DNA from: Candidatus Margulisiibacteriota bacterium
GTDB lineage: Bacteria; Margulisbacteria; WOR-1; O2-12-FULL-45-9; XYB2-FULL-48-7
NCBI GenBank assembly: GCA_018822365.1
Contig: JAHJKL010000042.1
Coordinates: forward strand, 1,077-65,076
Direction: 5' to 3'
DNA: 64,000 nt
Below the pieces are notes generated by a model, which saw only the letters and a program-made list of their open reading frames with translations, made no database searches and was not told the DNA's origin. Both the position numbers and the translations under genes were made by a program. This document shows, one piece after another, positions 1 through 11,267 of the stretch (positions within the stretch are counted from its first letter, which is position 1; every line of letters starts with the position of its first letter).

Positions 1-411
1 GTTAAAATAGAAAAGGAGATCCGCTCGCTTGAAGAAAAAAATGCTTCCAGGTCAGGCGGAGAACTTGCCGCCTCCGCGACCGAGATCAACGGACGCAAGG
101 TCTTGCTTAAAGAATTTAACGATCTTTCTATGGAAAGTTTAAGGCTTTTCTCCGATTCGCTCCAAAGCACCCTCAAATCAGCGGTCATCCTCCTCTGTTC
201 GACCGCAAACGAAAAGCTGGTCTATCTGATCACCGTTTCACCAGACCTGATCACCCCTCAATTGTCGGCCAAAGTGCTGGCCGGTATCTTTGCCGGCGTG
301 GTTGGCGGCAGGGGGGGAGGGAAAGAGACCAAGGCTGAAGGGGGAGGGAAGGAAACGGTAAAAGTTGCCGAAGCGCTTGCTAAAGTCGGCGATTACCTTA
401 AAACCTTATGA
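1..411 (+). CDS. alaS: Alanine--tRNA ligase, C-terminal part (DHHA1 domain); 5' end lies outside the window
   Basis: Frame open from base 1; GGRGGGK...AEGGG motif of the AlaS C-Ala domain; usual alaS-ruvX-mltG order. Confidence 0.9.
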   Translation, partial: VKIEKEIRSLEEKNASRSGGELAASATEINGRKVLLKEFNDLSMESLRLFSDSLQSTLKSAVILLCSTANEKLVYLITVSPDLITPQLSAKVLAGIFAGVVGGRGGGKETKAEGGGKETVKVAEALAKVGDYLKTL

Positions 412-839
412 ACAGGATCATGGCAATTGATCTTGGGACAAAACGGATCGGCATCGCAGTTTCCGATCTCCTTGGGTTAACCGCCCAACCGGCAACTGTC
501 CTGGAAAAAAAGGCGGACGGAAGCGAACTTGATGATTTGGCCAAGCTTATTGATAAGTACGGCAATGTCAGTGAGCTGTTGGTCGGACTGCCAAAGACCT
601 TGAAAGGGGAAGAAGGTCCTGCCGCGCAAAACGCCAGATCATTTGCCGAACAACTGAAAGAAAGATTCAAGCTTAAAGTCACCCTTTGGGACGAGCGTCT
701 GACCACCGCCGCCGCGACCAAGTTCCTGATCAGCGCGGGGGTTTCCCGGGCGGATCGAAAAAAGGTGATCGATAAAAGTGCCGCGGCCGGGATACTGCAG
801 AACTATTTGGATAGATTGGGAAAGCGGGAAAGCACTTAG
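408..839 (+). CDS. ruvX: Holliday junction resolvase-like / pre-16S rRNA nuclease YqgF
   Basis: AIDLGTKRIGIAVSD, VGLP, DERLTT and IDKSAA motifs. Confidence 0.95.
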   Translation: MNRIMAIDLGTKRIGIAVSDLLGLTAQPATVLEKKADGSELDDLAKLIDKYGNVSELLVGLPKTLKGEEGPAAQNARSFAEQLKERFKLKVTLWDERLTTAAATKFLISAGVSRADRKKVIDKSAAAGILQNYLDRLGKREST

Positions 840-861
840 CGGTAAACATATGAAAGATACC

Positions 862-887
862 TAACCGCGCACTTAAGTGCGCGGTTA
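862..887. repeat. Perfect 26-bp palindrome TAACCGCGCACTTAAGTGCGCGGTTA (REP-like family B)
   Basis: Read directly; related copies at 36005, 45831, 45863, 45913 and 47659. Confidence 0.9.
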
Positions 888-894
888 AAAGATT

Positions 895-1893
895 ATGAAA
901 AACAATATTATACTAACAACCATCGCTTTTCTGATCGTTTGTCTTGCCTTTATCCTTCAGCCGGCCAATCCCTTTGACCGGCAAGGGACGCTGGTTGCGA
1001 TACCAGCCGGAAGTTCGGCAAAACAGATCAAGGCGATCCTGGCCCAAAAAAGGCTCTTGCCGCCACGGAGCAGCTTTCTTATATTACTTAGGCTATTCGG
1101 CCTGCAGGACAAGGTCAAAGCCGGCGAGTACCTGATCTCTCCATCCATGTTCCTTCCGGAGATCATTATAAAATTGGTGGCGAACGAAACAGTTCCGCCA
1201 AAGCAGATCAGGGTAACCTTTCCGGAAGGAAGTTCGATCTATAAAATGGGGGAGATCCTGAAAGCCTCCAGGTACCTGCAGTGGCAAGGCTTTCAAACGC
1301 TGGTCAATGAAGGGATTACGGCTGAACGCCGGGCAAAACATTACAAGATCTTCCGCTATATCTCAAGCGAATCGCCTGAGGGCTATCTTTTTCCCGATAC
1401 CTACGATTTTTTCCCGGAAGCAAGCTTAGATCTGGTCGTCGAGACAATGCTAAGGCGGTTTGAGGCGGTTATTCTCCCATTCTGGGATAAAGAAAAAGGC
1501 AAGACCAAGCTGACCCTTCATGAAATATTGACCCTTGCCTCGATCGTCGAGAAGGAGGCAAAGATCCCGGCGGAGAGACCGATCATTGCTTCGGTCTTTT
1601 ATAATCGATTAAAGATCGGGATGCCTCTAGCGGCCGACCCCACGGTCAAATATGCCTTGGAAAACCCGTCTAAAAAGGTCTTTTTAAACCAGTTGAACGT
1701 CGATTCACCTTACAATACATATAAGCGGGCAGGGCTTCCACCCGGCCCAATCTGCAACCCGGGACTTGATTCGATCAAAGCGGCGATAAATCCTGCTAAA
1801 ACCGACTTCCTGTTCTTTGTCGCGCGATCAGACGGAAGCCATAAGTTTAGTAAAAGCTTTGAAGAACATAAGAAGGCCAGAGGAAAGCGGTAG
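895..1893 (+). CDS. mltG: Endolytic transglycosylase MltG
   Basis: EGYLFPDTY, LASIVEKEA and SPYNTY..GLPPGPICNPG motifs; N-terminal TM. Confidence 0.95.
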   Translation: MKNNIILTTIAFLIVCLAFILQPANPFDRQGTLVAIPAGSSAKQIKAILAQKRLLPPRSSFLILLRLFGLQDKVKAGEYLISPSMFLPEIIIKLVANETVPPKQIRVTFPEGSSIYKMGEILKASRYLQWQGFQTLVNEGITAERRAKHYKIFRYISSESPEGYLFPDTYDFFPEASLDLVVETMLRRFEAVILPFWDKEKGKTKLTLHEILTLASIVEKEAKIPAERPIIASVFYNRLKIGMPLAADPTVKYALENPSKKVFLNQLNVDSPYNTYKRAGLPPGPICNPGLDSIKAAINPAKTDFLFFVARSDGSHKFSKSFEEHKKARGKR

Positions 1894-1898
1894 TAGCG

Positions 1899-3458
1899 CT
1901 ATTCCCACTCAATAGTCGATGGCGGCTTTGAGGAAATGTCGTAGACCACACGGTTAATTTCCGGAGTTTCATTAATTATCCGATTGGAAATAATTTCGAG
2001 TAAATCGTAGGGGAGCCTGGCCCAATCGGCGGTCATTGCATCCTTGGACGTGACCGCCCGGACCGCTATAGTATTGAGATAGGTCCGTTTGTCCCCCATT
2101 ACCCCGACAGTCCTGATAGGGAGCAGGACACCAAAGGATTGCCATAATTCTTTGTAAAGACCAGCTTTTTTAACTTCGGAAACGATAATATCATCGACCG
2201 CTTGAAGGACCTTTACTCTTTCGGGTGTCACTTCTCCAATGATCCTGATCGCCAGACCCGGTCCGGGGAATGGCTGGCGGCTGATGATCTCATCCGGAAC
2301 ACCAAGTTCGCGGCCAAGCGTCCTGACCTCGTCTTTAAAAAGGAGCCGGAGCGGCTCAATAAGTTTAAAGCCCATTTTTTCCGGCAAACCGCCGACATTG
2401 TGGTGGGTTTTGATCTTTTTGGCTGCTTTCCCGGTTGTTGACCCTGGAACCGCGCTTTCTATAACGTCAGGATAAAGGGTTCCTTGGGCAAGAAATGGGA
2501 TCTGGCCAAGTTTTTTTGCTTCTTCTTCAAATGTCCGGATGAAATTCTCGCCGATCAGTCTCCTTTTCTGTTCCGGATCAATGATCCCGTTAAGCTTGCC
2601 AAAAAAACGAGTTGCAGCGTTAATATTGAGGAAGTTAACCTTGAATTTTTTTGTAAAGAGTTCGTCGATCTTTTTGGCTTCATTTTTACGCATGAACCCC
2701 TGATCAATAAACATGCAGATCAGCTGATCGCCGATCGCTTTGTGCATCAAGGCGGCGACAGTCGTTGAGTCGACCCCGCCGGAAAGGGCAAGGAGGACCT
2801 TTTCCCGGCCAACCTTTTCACGGATCGATCTCACTTGTTCTTCAATGAAATTCGCGGTCGTCCAGGTAGGCTGACAGCCGCAAACAACGTAAACAAAATT
2901 TTTGATAACCTCGATCCCTTTTGGCGTATGGACGACTTCGGGATGGAACTGGACGCCAAAGATCTTTTTAGACGGATCCCCGGCGGCCGCATATTTGGTG
3001 TTATCTGTGTGGGCGATCTGTTTAAAGCCGGGAGGGAGCTTCATGACCGTGTCGCCATGGCTCATCCAGCACTGTAAATTAGTGTCGAGTCCGGCAAAAA
3101 TATTTGCCTGGTCGTCGATCGTCAGATCTGCTTTGCCGTATTCTCGTTTTTTTCCTTCCTTAACTTCGCCGCCAAGATCTTTAGCCATCAGCTGCATCCC
3201 ATAACAAATGCCTAAGACCGGAATACCGGTTGTCCAAAGCTTTGGATCAGCCTTAGGTGCGTCTTCTTCATAGACCGACGCGGGGCCGCCGGAAATAATT
3301 ATTCCTTTGACCTCTTTTTTGATCAATTCAGCGACCGGGATATCGTGAGGGAAAACTTCGCAGTAGACATTGCATTCGCGGACGCGCCGGGCGATCAGCA
3401 GGGAATATTGAGCTCCAAAATCAAGGACCGCGATCAGATCATGTTTTTGCTGCGTCAT
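1899..3458 (-). CDS. guaA: Glutamine-hydrolysing GMP synthase
   Basis: LDFGAQY, GICYGMQ, SGGVDS and KPPSTIEWE; start moved to the ATG at 3458. Confidence 0.97.
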   Translation of the reverse strand: MTQQKHDLIAVLDFGAQYSLLIARRVRECNVYCEVFPHDIPVAELIKKEVKGIIISGGPASVYEEDAPKADPKLWTTGIPVLGICYGMQLMAKDLGGEVKEGKKREYGKADLTIDDQANIFAGLDTNLQCWMSHGDTVMKLPPGFKQIAHTDNTKYAAAGDPSKKIFGVQFHPEVVHTPKGIEVIKNFVYVVCGCQPTWTTANFIEEQVRSIREKVGREKVLLALSGGVDSTTVAALMHKAIGDQLICMFIDQGFMRKNEAKKIDELFTKKFKVNFLNINAATRFFGKLNGIIDPEQKRRLIGENFIRTFEEEAKKLGQIPFLAQGTLYPDVIESAVPGSTTGKAAKKIKTHHNVGGLPEKMGFKLIEPLRLLFKDEVRTLGRELGVPDEIISRQPFPGPGLAIRIIGEVTPERVKVLQAVDDIIVSEVKKAGLYKELWQSFGVLLPIRTVGVMGDKRTYLNTIAVRAVTSKDAMTADWARLPYDLLEIISNRIINETPEINRVVYDISSKPPSTIEWE

Positions 3459-3489
3459 GGCACAGTATATCACAGAGTAAATATTTTTT

Positions 3490-3759
3490 TCAAATCATTT
3501 TGAGGCTGTGAACTTCACTATCGTGCCGATGCTCTTGCAGTTCGCTGTCGATATGCTCAACATAATGTTTAATATCTTTAACATCTTTCTCTAAATGATC
3601 AACCGATTTTTCTAAATTATTAACCGATTTATCTAAATTGTTAACCGATTTTTCTAAATTATTAACCGATTTATCGATCCTTAATACATCGCTTTTTGTC
3701 GCCATTGTTCCCAGGATCAAATCTAATTTTTCCCGCATTTCTTTTATTTTATTCTCCAT
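3490..3759 (-). CDS. Small coiled-coil protein with heptad repeats
   Basis: GGAGG RBS; tandem (D/E)KSVNNL heptads. Confidence 0.7.
   Translation of the reverse strand: MENKIKEMREKLDLILGTMATKSDVLRIDKSVNNLEKSVNNLDKSVNNLEKSVDHLEKDVKDIKHYVEHIDSELQEHRHDSEVHSLKMI
3590..3673. repeat. Four tandem 21-bp units (consensus TCTAAATTATTAACCGATTTT)
   Basis: Units start at 3590, 3611, 3632 and 3653. Confidence 0.9.
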
Positions 3760-3830
3760 TTTACCCAACCTCCTCTGTCTTCTGTCCCGCCTTCGATTCC
3801 GCCCTTTGTCTTGCCCTTTGCTCCGCTTTT

Positions 3831-4991
3831 TTACTTATACATTCCCAGCGACTGGGCTTTTTGATAAACCTTCCCTTCGGTCAGGATCGAAGGGGCAATG
3901 ACCACATCGACTTGCTGCATTTCTTTCAGATCAGCCGCTCCCAGTGTTCCCATCGAGGTCCGGAGGGCGCCGACAAAGTTCATTGAGCCGTCGTCGAATT
4001 TTGCCGGTCCATGAAGGATCTCTTTGAGCGGAGCGATCGTCCCGACCCGGATGCGCGAACCGCGCGGCAGGGTGGGTGAAGGGGTCGCCATTCCCCAGTG
4101 AAAACCGCCTCCGGGAGCTTCGGTCGCTTTGGCGATCGGGGAACCGATCATTACCGCGTCGGCGCCGCAGGCGATCGCTTTGCATACGTCTCCGCCGACT
4201 GCCATTCCGCCGTCGGCAATGATCGGGACATAAACATTGTTTTCTTTAAAATATGAATCGCGGGCGGCGGCGCAGTCGGCGATCGATGTTGCCATGGGAA
4301 CGCCAACCCCAAGTACACCGCGGGAAGTACAAGCTGCCCCCGGTCCAATACCAACCAGGACTCCAGCGACACCTGTGCCCATTAAAGTCAAAGCGACCTC
4401 ATAAGTAACGCAGTTGCCGACCAAAACCGGAACTTTCATCATCCTGCAGAATTCCTTGAGATCAAGGATCTTGGAGCCGGTTGATTTGTGCTTGGTCGAA
4501 AGGACTGTCGACTGAACGACAAAAATATCAACCCCCGCGTCACGGGCTATCTGGCCGAATTCCAGGGCATCCTGAGGAATGGAAGAGACCGCGGCGATCC
4601 CGCCGAGCGATTTGATCTCCTTGATCCGTTTAACGATCAGCTCTTTCTTGATCGGTTCAAGGTAGATCTTCTGCATCAACTCAACATATTTTTCTTTTTC
4701 GACCAGGGAGATCTCTTTAAGCACCTTTTCCGCGTCTTCGTACCGGGTCCAAACCCCGTGCAGATTGAGGACCCCGAGACCGCCGTTCTTGCTCATCAGC
4801 ACTGCGGTTTTGGGGCTGATCACGCCATCCATGGCCGAAGCAATGATCGGGATCTCAAGCTTCTTCCCGCCGATAGAGACCGAAACATCGGTATCTTCAG
4901 GATTTATGGTAACTATAGAAGGGACGAGGGAAATTTCGTCAAAACCGTAAACTCGACGGGTCTTTTTTGATTTACCAAGTGAAATATCCAT
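3831..4991 (-). CDS. guaB3: GuaB3-family IMP dehydrogenase-related protein (no CBS domains)
   Basis: YGFDEISLVP, ASAMDGV, catalytic-loop GIGPGAACTSR, IADGG and HWGMATP; next to guaA. Confidence 0.88.
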   Translation of the reverse strand: MDISLGKSKKTRRVYGFDEISLVPSIVTINPEDTDVSVSIGGKKLEIPIIASAMDGVISPKTAVLMSKNGGLGVLNLHGVWTRYEDAEKVLKEISLVEKEKYVELMQKIYLEPIKKELIVKRIKEIKSLGGIAAVSSIPQDALEFGQIARDAGVDIFVVQSTVLSTKHKSTGSKILDLKEFCRMMKVPVLVGNCVTYEVALTLMGTGVAGVLVGIGPGAACTSRGVLGVGVPMATSIADCAAARDSYFKENNVYVPIIADGGMAVGGDVCKAIACGADAVMIGSPIAKATEAPGGGFHWGMATPSPTLPRGSRIRVGTIAPLKEILHGPAKFDDGSMNFVGALRTSMGTLGAADLKEMQQVDVVIAPSILTEGKVYQKAQSLGMYK

Positions 4992-5004
4992 TTTATTCCT
5001 CCAA

Positions 5005-6063
5005 TTATGGTTTTTCCGCGATCTTGCCGGTCAAATAAATGACCCGTCCGTCACGGTATACTTTAACTTTTATCTCAGCGCCGGGATTCAGCGCGGCTAT
5101 AGCTTCGTGCATATCATTAGCGGTTGAAACTTTAACGCCGTTGACCTCCCGAAAAACATCGAATTTCCTGAGTCCCATCGTTTGGGCAGGACTACCATTG
5201 ATGATGTCCAGAATTACCGCACCATCTAACATCGGGAGGTCCAAATAATTTGCGACCCGGCCGTCAACATCCTGCATGTAAACCCCCAGCCAGCCGCGGA
5301 TAACCCGGCCATTATCGATCAGGGCTTGCACGATCTCGTTGGCTGCGTTGACCGGTATCGCAAACCCAATACCCTGTGCGCCGGAAACGATCGCCACGTT
5401 GACCCCGATCACTTCCCCTGATAAATTAAGAAGCGGACCGCCGGAATTTCCCGGATTAATGGCTGCGTCAATTTGGATCAAGTTCTTTTTCCCAAGATCA
5501 CCCAGCACCCGCCCGGTCGCGCTGATGATCCCGGCGGTGACGCTGTTGGAAAAACCATAAGGATTGCCAATGGCAATGACCCATTCTCCCGGCCGTAAGC
5601 TGGCCGAATCACCAAGCGGCAGGATCGGCAGCTCTGCCCCCTGCGGATCGATCTTGACGATCGCGATATCAAGGTCGGGGTCAGCGCCGGCTATCTTGCC
5701 GTTATATTTTTTGCCGTTTCGCGCGGTAACAATGATCTCGGCAGCGCCTCGAACAACATGTTCGTTGGTCATGATGTAACCACGTTTATCGATAATAAAA
5801 CCGGAACCGGCGCCTCGCTGGGGGATTATCCGCTCACGGGAAAAACTCCTGAATTCCGGCATCACCCCAAAAAAATCGTTCGTATTAAAAAAAGGGGAGG
5901 TGCGGATCCTGACATTTTTGATGATATCAATGTTAACGACCGCGTCTCCTTCGTTCTGGACAATGTCGGCGATCGTTCCCTGATCGATGGGGCTGGACTG
6001 GGCAAAGGCAACAGCCGCGCAAAAGAGAGAAAAAACAAGAAAGTTTGCCAATTTTCTGGTCAT
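5005..6063 (-). CDS. HtrA/DegP-family serine protease with one PDZ domain
   Basis: Signal peptide; GSGFII, TNEHVV, DIA and INPGNSGGPL. Confidence 0.93.
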   Translation of the reverse strand: MTRKLANFLVFSLFCAAVAFAQSSPIDQGTIADIVQNEGDAVVNIDIIKNVRIRTSPFFNTNDFFGVMPEFRSFSRERIIPQRGAGSGFIIDKRGYIMTNEHVVRGAAEIIVTARNGKKYNGKIAGADPDLDIAIVKIDPQGAELPILPLGDSASLRPGEWVIAIGNPYGFSNSVTAGIISATGRVLGDLGKKNLIQIDAAINPGNSGGPLLNLSGEVIGVNVAIVSGAQGIGFAIPVNAANEIVQALIDNGRVIRGWLGVYMQDVDGRVANYLDLPMLDGAVILDIINGSPAQTMGLRKFDVFREVNGVKVSTANDMHEAIAALNPGAEIKVKVYRDGRVIYLTGKIAEKP

Positions 6064-6335
6064 TTTTTCCCTCCTTTTTTCTTAGCCTTCTTTTCTTTGG
6101 CCCTTTGTTTCGCCGCCTCGATCATGTTTTCGAATTCTTCCATGATCGGCTCCGGTATCCAGTTTTCGCCGCAAGTCTGGCAAACATAGGCGGGAACCCC
6201 TTCCATCATGTAAAGCTTTCCTCCCTGATAATCTTCGAGGTTAACCTTTTCAAAATTAAGCGGTCCGCCACAGGCCTGGCATTCGCTCGGAGCGGCTTCT
6301 TCGTTCAGATCTTTAAGACCATTTTTGTCTGCCAT
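6060..6335 (-). CDS. YgiT/MqsA-type zinc-finger protein
   Basis: CQACGG...VPAYVCQTCGE. Confidence 0.8.
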   Translation of the reverse strand: MADKNGLKDLNEEAAPSECQACGGPLNFEKVNLEDYQGGKLYMMEGVPAYVCQTCGENWIPEPIMEEFENMIEAAKQRAKEKKAKKKGGKK

Positions 6336-6348
6336 TGGGTTGGGGTGA

Positions 6349-6861
6349 TTATACTAAAAAATGAGAGGAGGTGCAAGGGAAGTGGTCAGAGCACAGAAAA
6401 AAGTTTATCAAGCCAGCCATTAGTTTGCAGGTGAACAATATACTCGGATGAAGCGGAAGGGAAATAATCGCTCTCGGCGGGAGCTGAGCAAGGACCAGAG
6501 GTAAAAGCTTGGTATTGGCAAAAACTTCCAATTTGCGATCGTCCCAACCGGTGGAAAGCTGGTCCAAAACCGCTGTCGCTTTCCGGTTTCCATCAGCTGC
6601 CAGTTCCGCGACCTTTTTGACCATAATATTCCATTTAAAATCAGGGCGGAGGGCCAGTTTCAGGACCGCTTCAGGCTCGGATGAGTCCAGCCTCGGTTCC
6701 AATTGGCCATCGAAGTACAGCTTTGCCAAATACTTGGCAGAAGCAAAGGGGAGATCGGTGTCGCAATTTCCCGGCTTTCGTTCAGATCGACGGGGCGGGA
6801 CCGAAACGATCTTAACCTTTCCGTAACCGGCAAAACGCTGTAATTTTTTAATAATACTCAT
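6349..6861 (-). CDS. Orphan hypothetical protein (170 aa)
   Basis: Fills the gap; preceded by the shared TGAAAT-N16 motif. Confidence 0.6.
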   Translation of the reverse strand: MSIIKKLQRFAGYGKVKIVSVPPRRSERKPGNCDTDLPFASAKYLAKLYFDGQLEPRLDSSEPEAVLKLALRPDFKWNIMVKKVAELAADGNRKATAVLDQLSTGWDDRKLEVFANTKLLPLVLAQLPPRAIISLPLHPSILFTCKLMAGLINFFLCSDHFPCTSSHFLV

Positions 6862-6870
6862 GTTAAATTG

Positions 6871-6898
6871 ATATCAGTGAATCTATCAAGAAATTTCA
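6871..6898 (-). promoter_or_regulatory. Putative sigma-28-like promoter TGAAAT-N16-TGATAT
   Basis: Same spacing as three other copies upstream of orphan genes. Confidence 0.55.
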
Positions 6899-6986
6899 TC
6901 GCTTATATTTATTCTTTGAATATTTTCCTCTAATTGCCGGTCACTTTTCTTTATGATATACTAGGCCCACAAGAGGGGAGATCAGT

Positions 6987-8234
<1,248 letters not shown>

Positions 8235-8255
8235 AACCGACTTGGAGAAACTATT

Positions 8256-8278
8256 AACCTGTGGCTGAACGCCGCGGT
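8256..8278. repeat. REP-like hairpin AACCTGTGGC-TGAAC-GCCGCGGT (family A)
   Basis: Same TGAAC loop and AACC..GGT ends as the copies at 34757-34810 and 53987. Confidence 0.7.
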
Positions 8279-8312
8279 AAACAATGATATTTATTCTCGG
8301 GTTAAACAATAA

Positions 8313-8996
8313 ATGATTGAATTGATAAACGTAACCAAGAGCTTCGCGAATGGGATCCATGCCCTTAACGGGATTAATCTGCATATCGGCAAAGAAGAGT
8401 TTGTTTTTCTGGTCGGCTCGTCCGGGGCGGGAAAGACCACTTTAATGAAAATGCTTTACCGCGACGAGATCCCCACGTCAGGTAAAGTGATCGTCGACCG
8501 GATCAACGTTACCGAGCTTGATGCCAGCCAGATCCCTTATCTGCGCCGTAATATTGGAATTGTTTTCCAGGATTTCAAACTTTTACCTAAAAGGACCGTA
8601 TACGAGAATGTTGCCTTTGCCCTTAGGGTTACCGGAGCCCTTCGCTCGACCATCCGACGCAAAACCATGCAGGCCCTGGAGCTTGTTGGACTGCTTCGAC
8701 GGGTCAACTCTTTTCCCGACGAGCTCTCCGGCGGGGAAAAACAGCGGTCGTGCATAGCCAGGGCGATCGTCAATAATCCGCCGATCCTTTTGGCTGACGA
8801 ACCAACCGGCAACCTTGACCCGGCTACCTCATGGGACATTCTTCAACTTCTCGATAAGATCAACAAACGGAATACCACCGTGGTCGTTTCGACCCACAAC
8901 AAGAACATTGTCGATGAAATGAAGAAGCGGGTCATTGAACTTGAGGGGGGGAGGCTGGTCCGCGACCAGCAATTAGGGACTTATCATGTTAAGTAG
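8313..8996 (+). CDS. ftsE: Cell division ATP-binding protein FtsE
   Basis: GSSGAGKT, VFQDFKLL, LSGGE and ADEPTGNLD; followed by ftsX. Confidence 0.95.
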   Translation: MIELINVTKSFANGIHALNGINLHIGKEEFVFLVGSSGAGKTTLMKMLYRDEIPTSGKVIVDRINVTELDASQIPYLRRNIGIVFQDFKLLPKRTVYENVAFALRVTGALRSTIRRKTMQALELVGLLRRVNSFPDELSGGEKQRSCIARAIVNNPPILLADEPTGNLDPATSWDILQLLDKINKRNTTVVVSTHNKNIVDEMKKRVIELEGGRLVRDQQLGTYHVK

Positions 8997-9876
8997 CCTT
9001 GAGTTTTTTATTGTTGAAGCGTTTCGCTCGATCCGCCGATCGGCACTAATGAGCTTTGTCGCCATTGCTACCATTATTGTTTCACTGACCATTTTCGGGC
9101 TATTTCTCCTGTTGATCATGAACCTGGGAAATATAGTCGGGGGGATATCTTCGCGAATGGACCTTGTCGCCTATATTTACAAAGACCTTTCTCTTGATGA
9201 CGCCGGAATGATCCAGATAAAGATATCTAATATTCCAGGTGTTGAAAAGGTCGAATTTACTTCAAAAACTGAAGCATGGAATAACTTTAAAGATGAATTT
9301 AACAGCAAACTGAACTTGAATGATGTTGTTTATGACAATCCTCTGCCGCACACGTATATGGTGAGGGTCAGGAACGCCGACATGCTCCCCCAGGTTGCCA
9401 AAGAGATCTCTTCGATCGATGTTGTTGATGAAGTTAGGTATAATGGGAAGTTGATCCAGCAGATAAAATCTTTGATCAGTGCGGTTCGGGTTGGAGGGAC
9501 CGCGCTAGTGGTCATGCTGTCCCTGGCCACACTACTTATAGTGGTTAATACGATCAGGTTAACGGTTATTGCCAGAGAAACCGATATTTATATAATGAAA
9601 CTGGTTGGCGCGACCGATAATTTTGTTAAATGGCCGTTCATTATTGAAGGGATCATTATTGGGGTGATCGGAGGGCTAACCTCTCTACTTATTCTAAAGC
9701 TTTCATATGAAGCGGTTGTCTCCCGTATTCTGCAAGCCCTGCCGTTTTTACCGCTAATAACAGATTACGGCTTGCTGCTGGCCATTTACACCACTATGTT
9801 TTTCGGCGGAACTGCCCTGGGAATGATCGGTGGCTACATTTCCGTGTCGCGCGTCCTGAAAGACGAAATGCAATAA
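8986..9876 (+). CDS. ftsX: Permease-like cell division protein FtsX
   Basis: NPLP, NTIRL..IMKLVGAT..FVKWPFIIEG. Confidence 0.95.
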   Translation: MLSSLEFFIVEAFRSIRRSALMSFVAIATIIVSLTIFGLFLLLIMNLGNIVGGISSRMDLVAYIYKDLSLDDAGMIQIKISNIPGVEKVEFTSKTEAWNNFKDEFNSKLNLNDVVYDNPLPHTYMVRVRNADMLPQVAKEISSIDVVDEVRYNGKLIQQIKSLISAVRVGGTALVVMLSLATLLIVVNTIRLTVIARETDIYIMKLVGATDNFVKWPFIIEGIIIGVIGGLTSLLILKLSYEAVVSRILQALPFLPLITDYGLLLAIYTTMFFGGTALGMIGGYISVSRVLKDEMQ

Positions 9877-9914
9877 TAACCGGAGGAAGTTTATTCCGGG
9901 TAAAGGAGAAGGTT

Positions 9915-11264
9915 ATGTTAACATGGTTCAGAAAAAATACAAAAGGGATTATGATCACGGTCGCGGTTGTTTTTATCGGGTCGATGTTTTATGGTTTGGG
10001 TTATTCCCGTTTCAGCGAACAAGGATCTGATCAGCCCAAGAAACCATCAGGATTAGCCAAGGTCAATGGGGAAGAGATCAGCGTCCAGCGTTATCGGGAA
10101 TTAATAAACCGGATCGCGCAAAACAGCGGCCGCCAGGTCAGTGCCAGGGATCTGCCTTATATTGAATCCATGGCTTTGGGACAAACCATTGATTTTACCA
10201 TTATACTTCAGGATGCCAGGAAAAAAGAGCGGGTAAACGGCAGCGAGATCGATTCCGTCCTTGATAATATCCAGACCCAAAACAAGCTGGCTAACAGAGG
10301 AGACCTGGAAAAAGCGCTCAAGAGCTCCGGTTTTACTCTGGGAAGTTTCCGTGATTTTATTCGCGACGATATTCTGGTCCAAAAGAGGCAAATGAAGCTT
10401 CGGGAAGGGGTCTCGGTAACTCCTGACGACCTCCGCGAGATCCGCGCCTCACACATCCTGGTCAAGGAAGAGCCTAACGCCAAACTGATCCTGGAAAAAG
10501 TCAAAAAGGGCGAGGACTTTGCCAAGCTGGCCAAGCAATATTCGACCGATTCGGGCAGCGCGGTCAAAGGGGGAGATCTTGGTTATTTCTCCACCGGGAT
10601 GATGGTCAAACCCTTTGAAGAAGCGGCGTTCTCACTGAAAAACGGTGAGGTTAGCGGCATTGTCAAAACCCAGTTCGGTTATCACATAATTAAAGTGGTC
10701 GATTCAAGACTTCGCAAGATCGACTCGGCCAAAGGGAATATTGATGAAGTATTGCTGAAGCAGAAACAGCAAGCGGTTTTCAACCAATGGCATAGCGAAC
10801 TCCAGTCCAAGGCCAAAGTCGAGATCGAGGAGCCGACCCTATTGGCCCATTCATACCGGAGCCAGGGAAAAAATGCTGAAGCGGCCGCTGAATATAAAAA
10901 AGCGATCACCTTCAATCCGGCCAACGCGTACCTTTATGTCTTCCTGGGCGACACCTACATGACCATGGGACAGAAGGATCTGGCCCTCGCCGCTTACGTC
11001 GATGCGGTCAAAACCGAGGGAGGCAATCCGGATCTTTACCTGATCCTGGGAACAACCTACAACAAGCTGGGTAAAAAGGCGGAAGCGGCCGAACAGTTCA
11101 ATAAAGCCTCACTTATTGCCGGGGACGACAAGGGATTGCACGAAAACCTGCTTAAGGTCTTTAAGGAATTAAAGCTGCCGGCTAATATCGCCAGAGAGAA
11201 TGCGGAGCTTGCCCGAATCGCTAAAAAAGAACAGTTTGAAAAATCACTGACTACCGGGAAATAA
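9915..11264 (+). CDS. SurA/PrsA-like parvulin peptidyl-prolyl isomerase with C-terminal TPRs
   Basis: ASHILV, GGDLGYF, FEEAAF and FGYHII; TPR-like tail. Confidence 0.88.
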   Translation: MLTWFRKNTKGIMITVAVVFIGSMFYGLGYSRFSEQGSDQPKKPSGLAKVNGEEISVQRYRELINRIAQNSGRQVSARDLPYIESMALGQTIDFTIILQDARKKERVNGSEIDSVLDNIQTQNKLANRGDLEKALKSSGFTLGSFRDFIRDDILVQKRQMKLREGVSVTPDDLREIRASHILVKEEPNAKLILEKVKKGEDFAKLAKQYSTDSGSAVKGGDLGYFSTGMMVKPFEEAAFSLKNGEVSGIVKTQFGYHIIKVVDSRLRKIDSAKGNIDEVLLKQKQQAVFNQWHSELQSKAKVEIEEPTLLAHSYRSQGKNAEAAAEYKKAITFNPANAYLYVFLGDTYMTMGQKDLALAAYVDAVKTEGGNPDLYLILGTTYNKLGKKAEAAEQFNKASLIAGDDKGLHENLLKVFKELKLPANIARENAELARIAKKEQFEKSLTTGK

Positions 11265-11267
11265 GGG

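Noticed and set aside
3590..3673. CRISPR array
   Set aside because: Contiguous 21-bp units without spacers, in frame within a CDS; no cas genes.
6900..6986. ZTP, THF or purine riboswitches before glyA, fhs, folE or guaA
   Set aside because: The leaders are too short and contain no recognisable aptamer.
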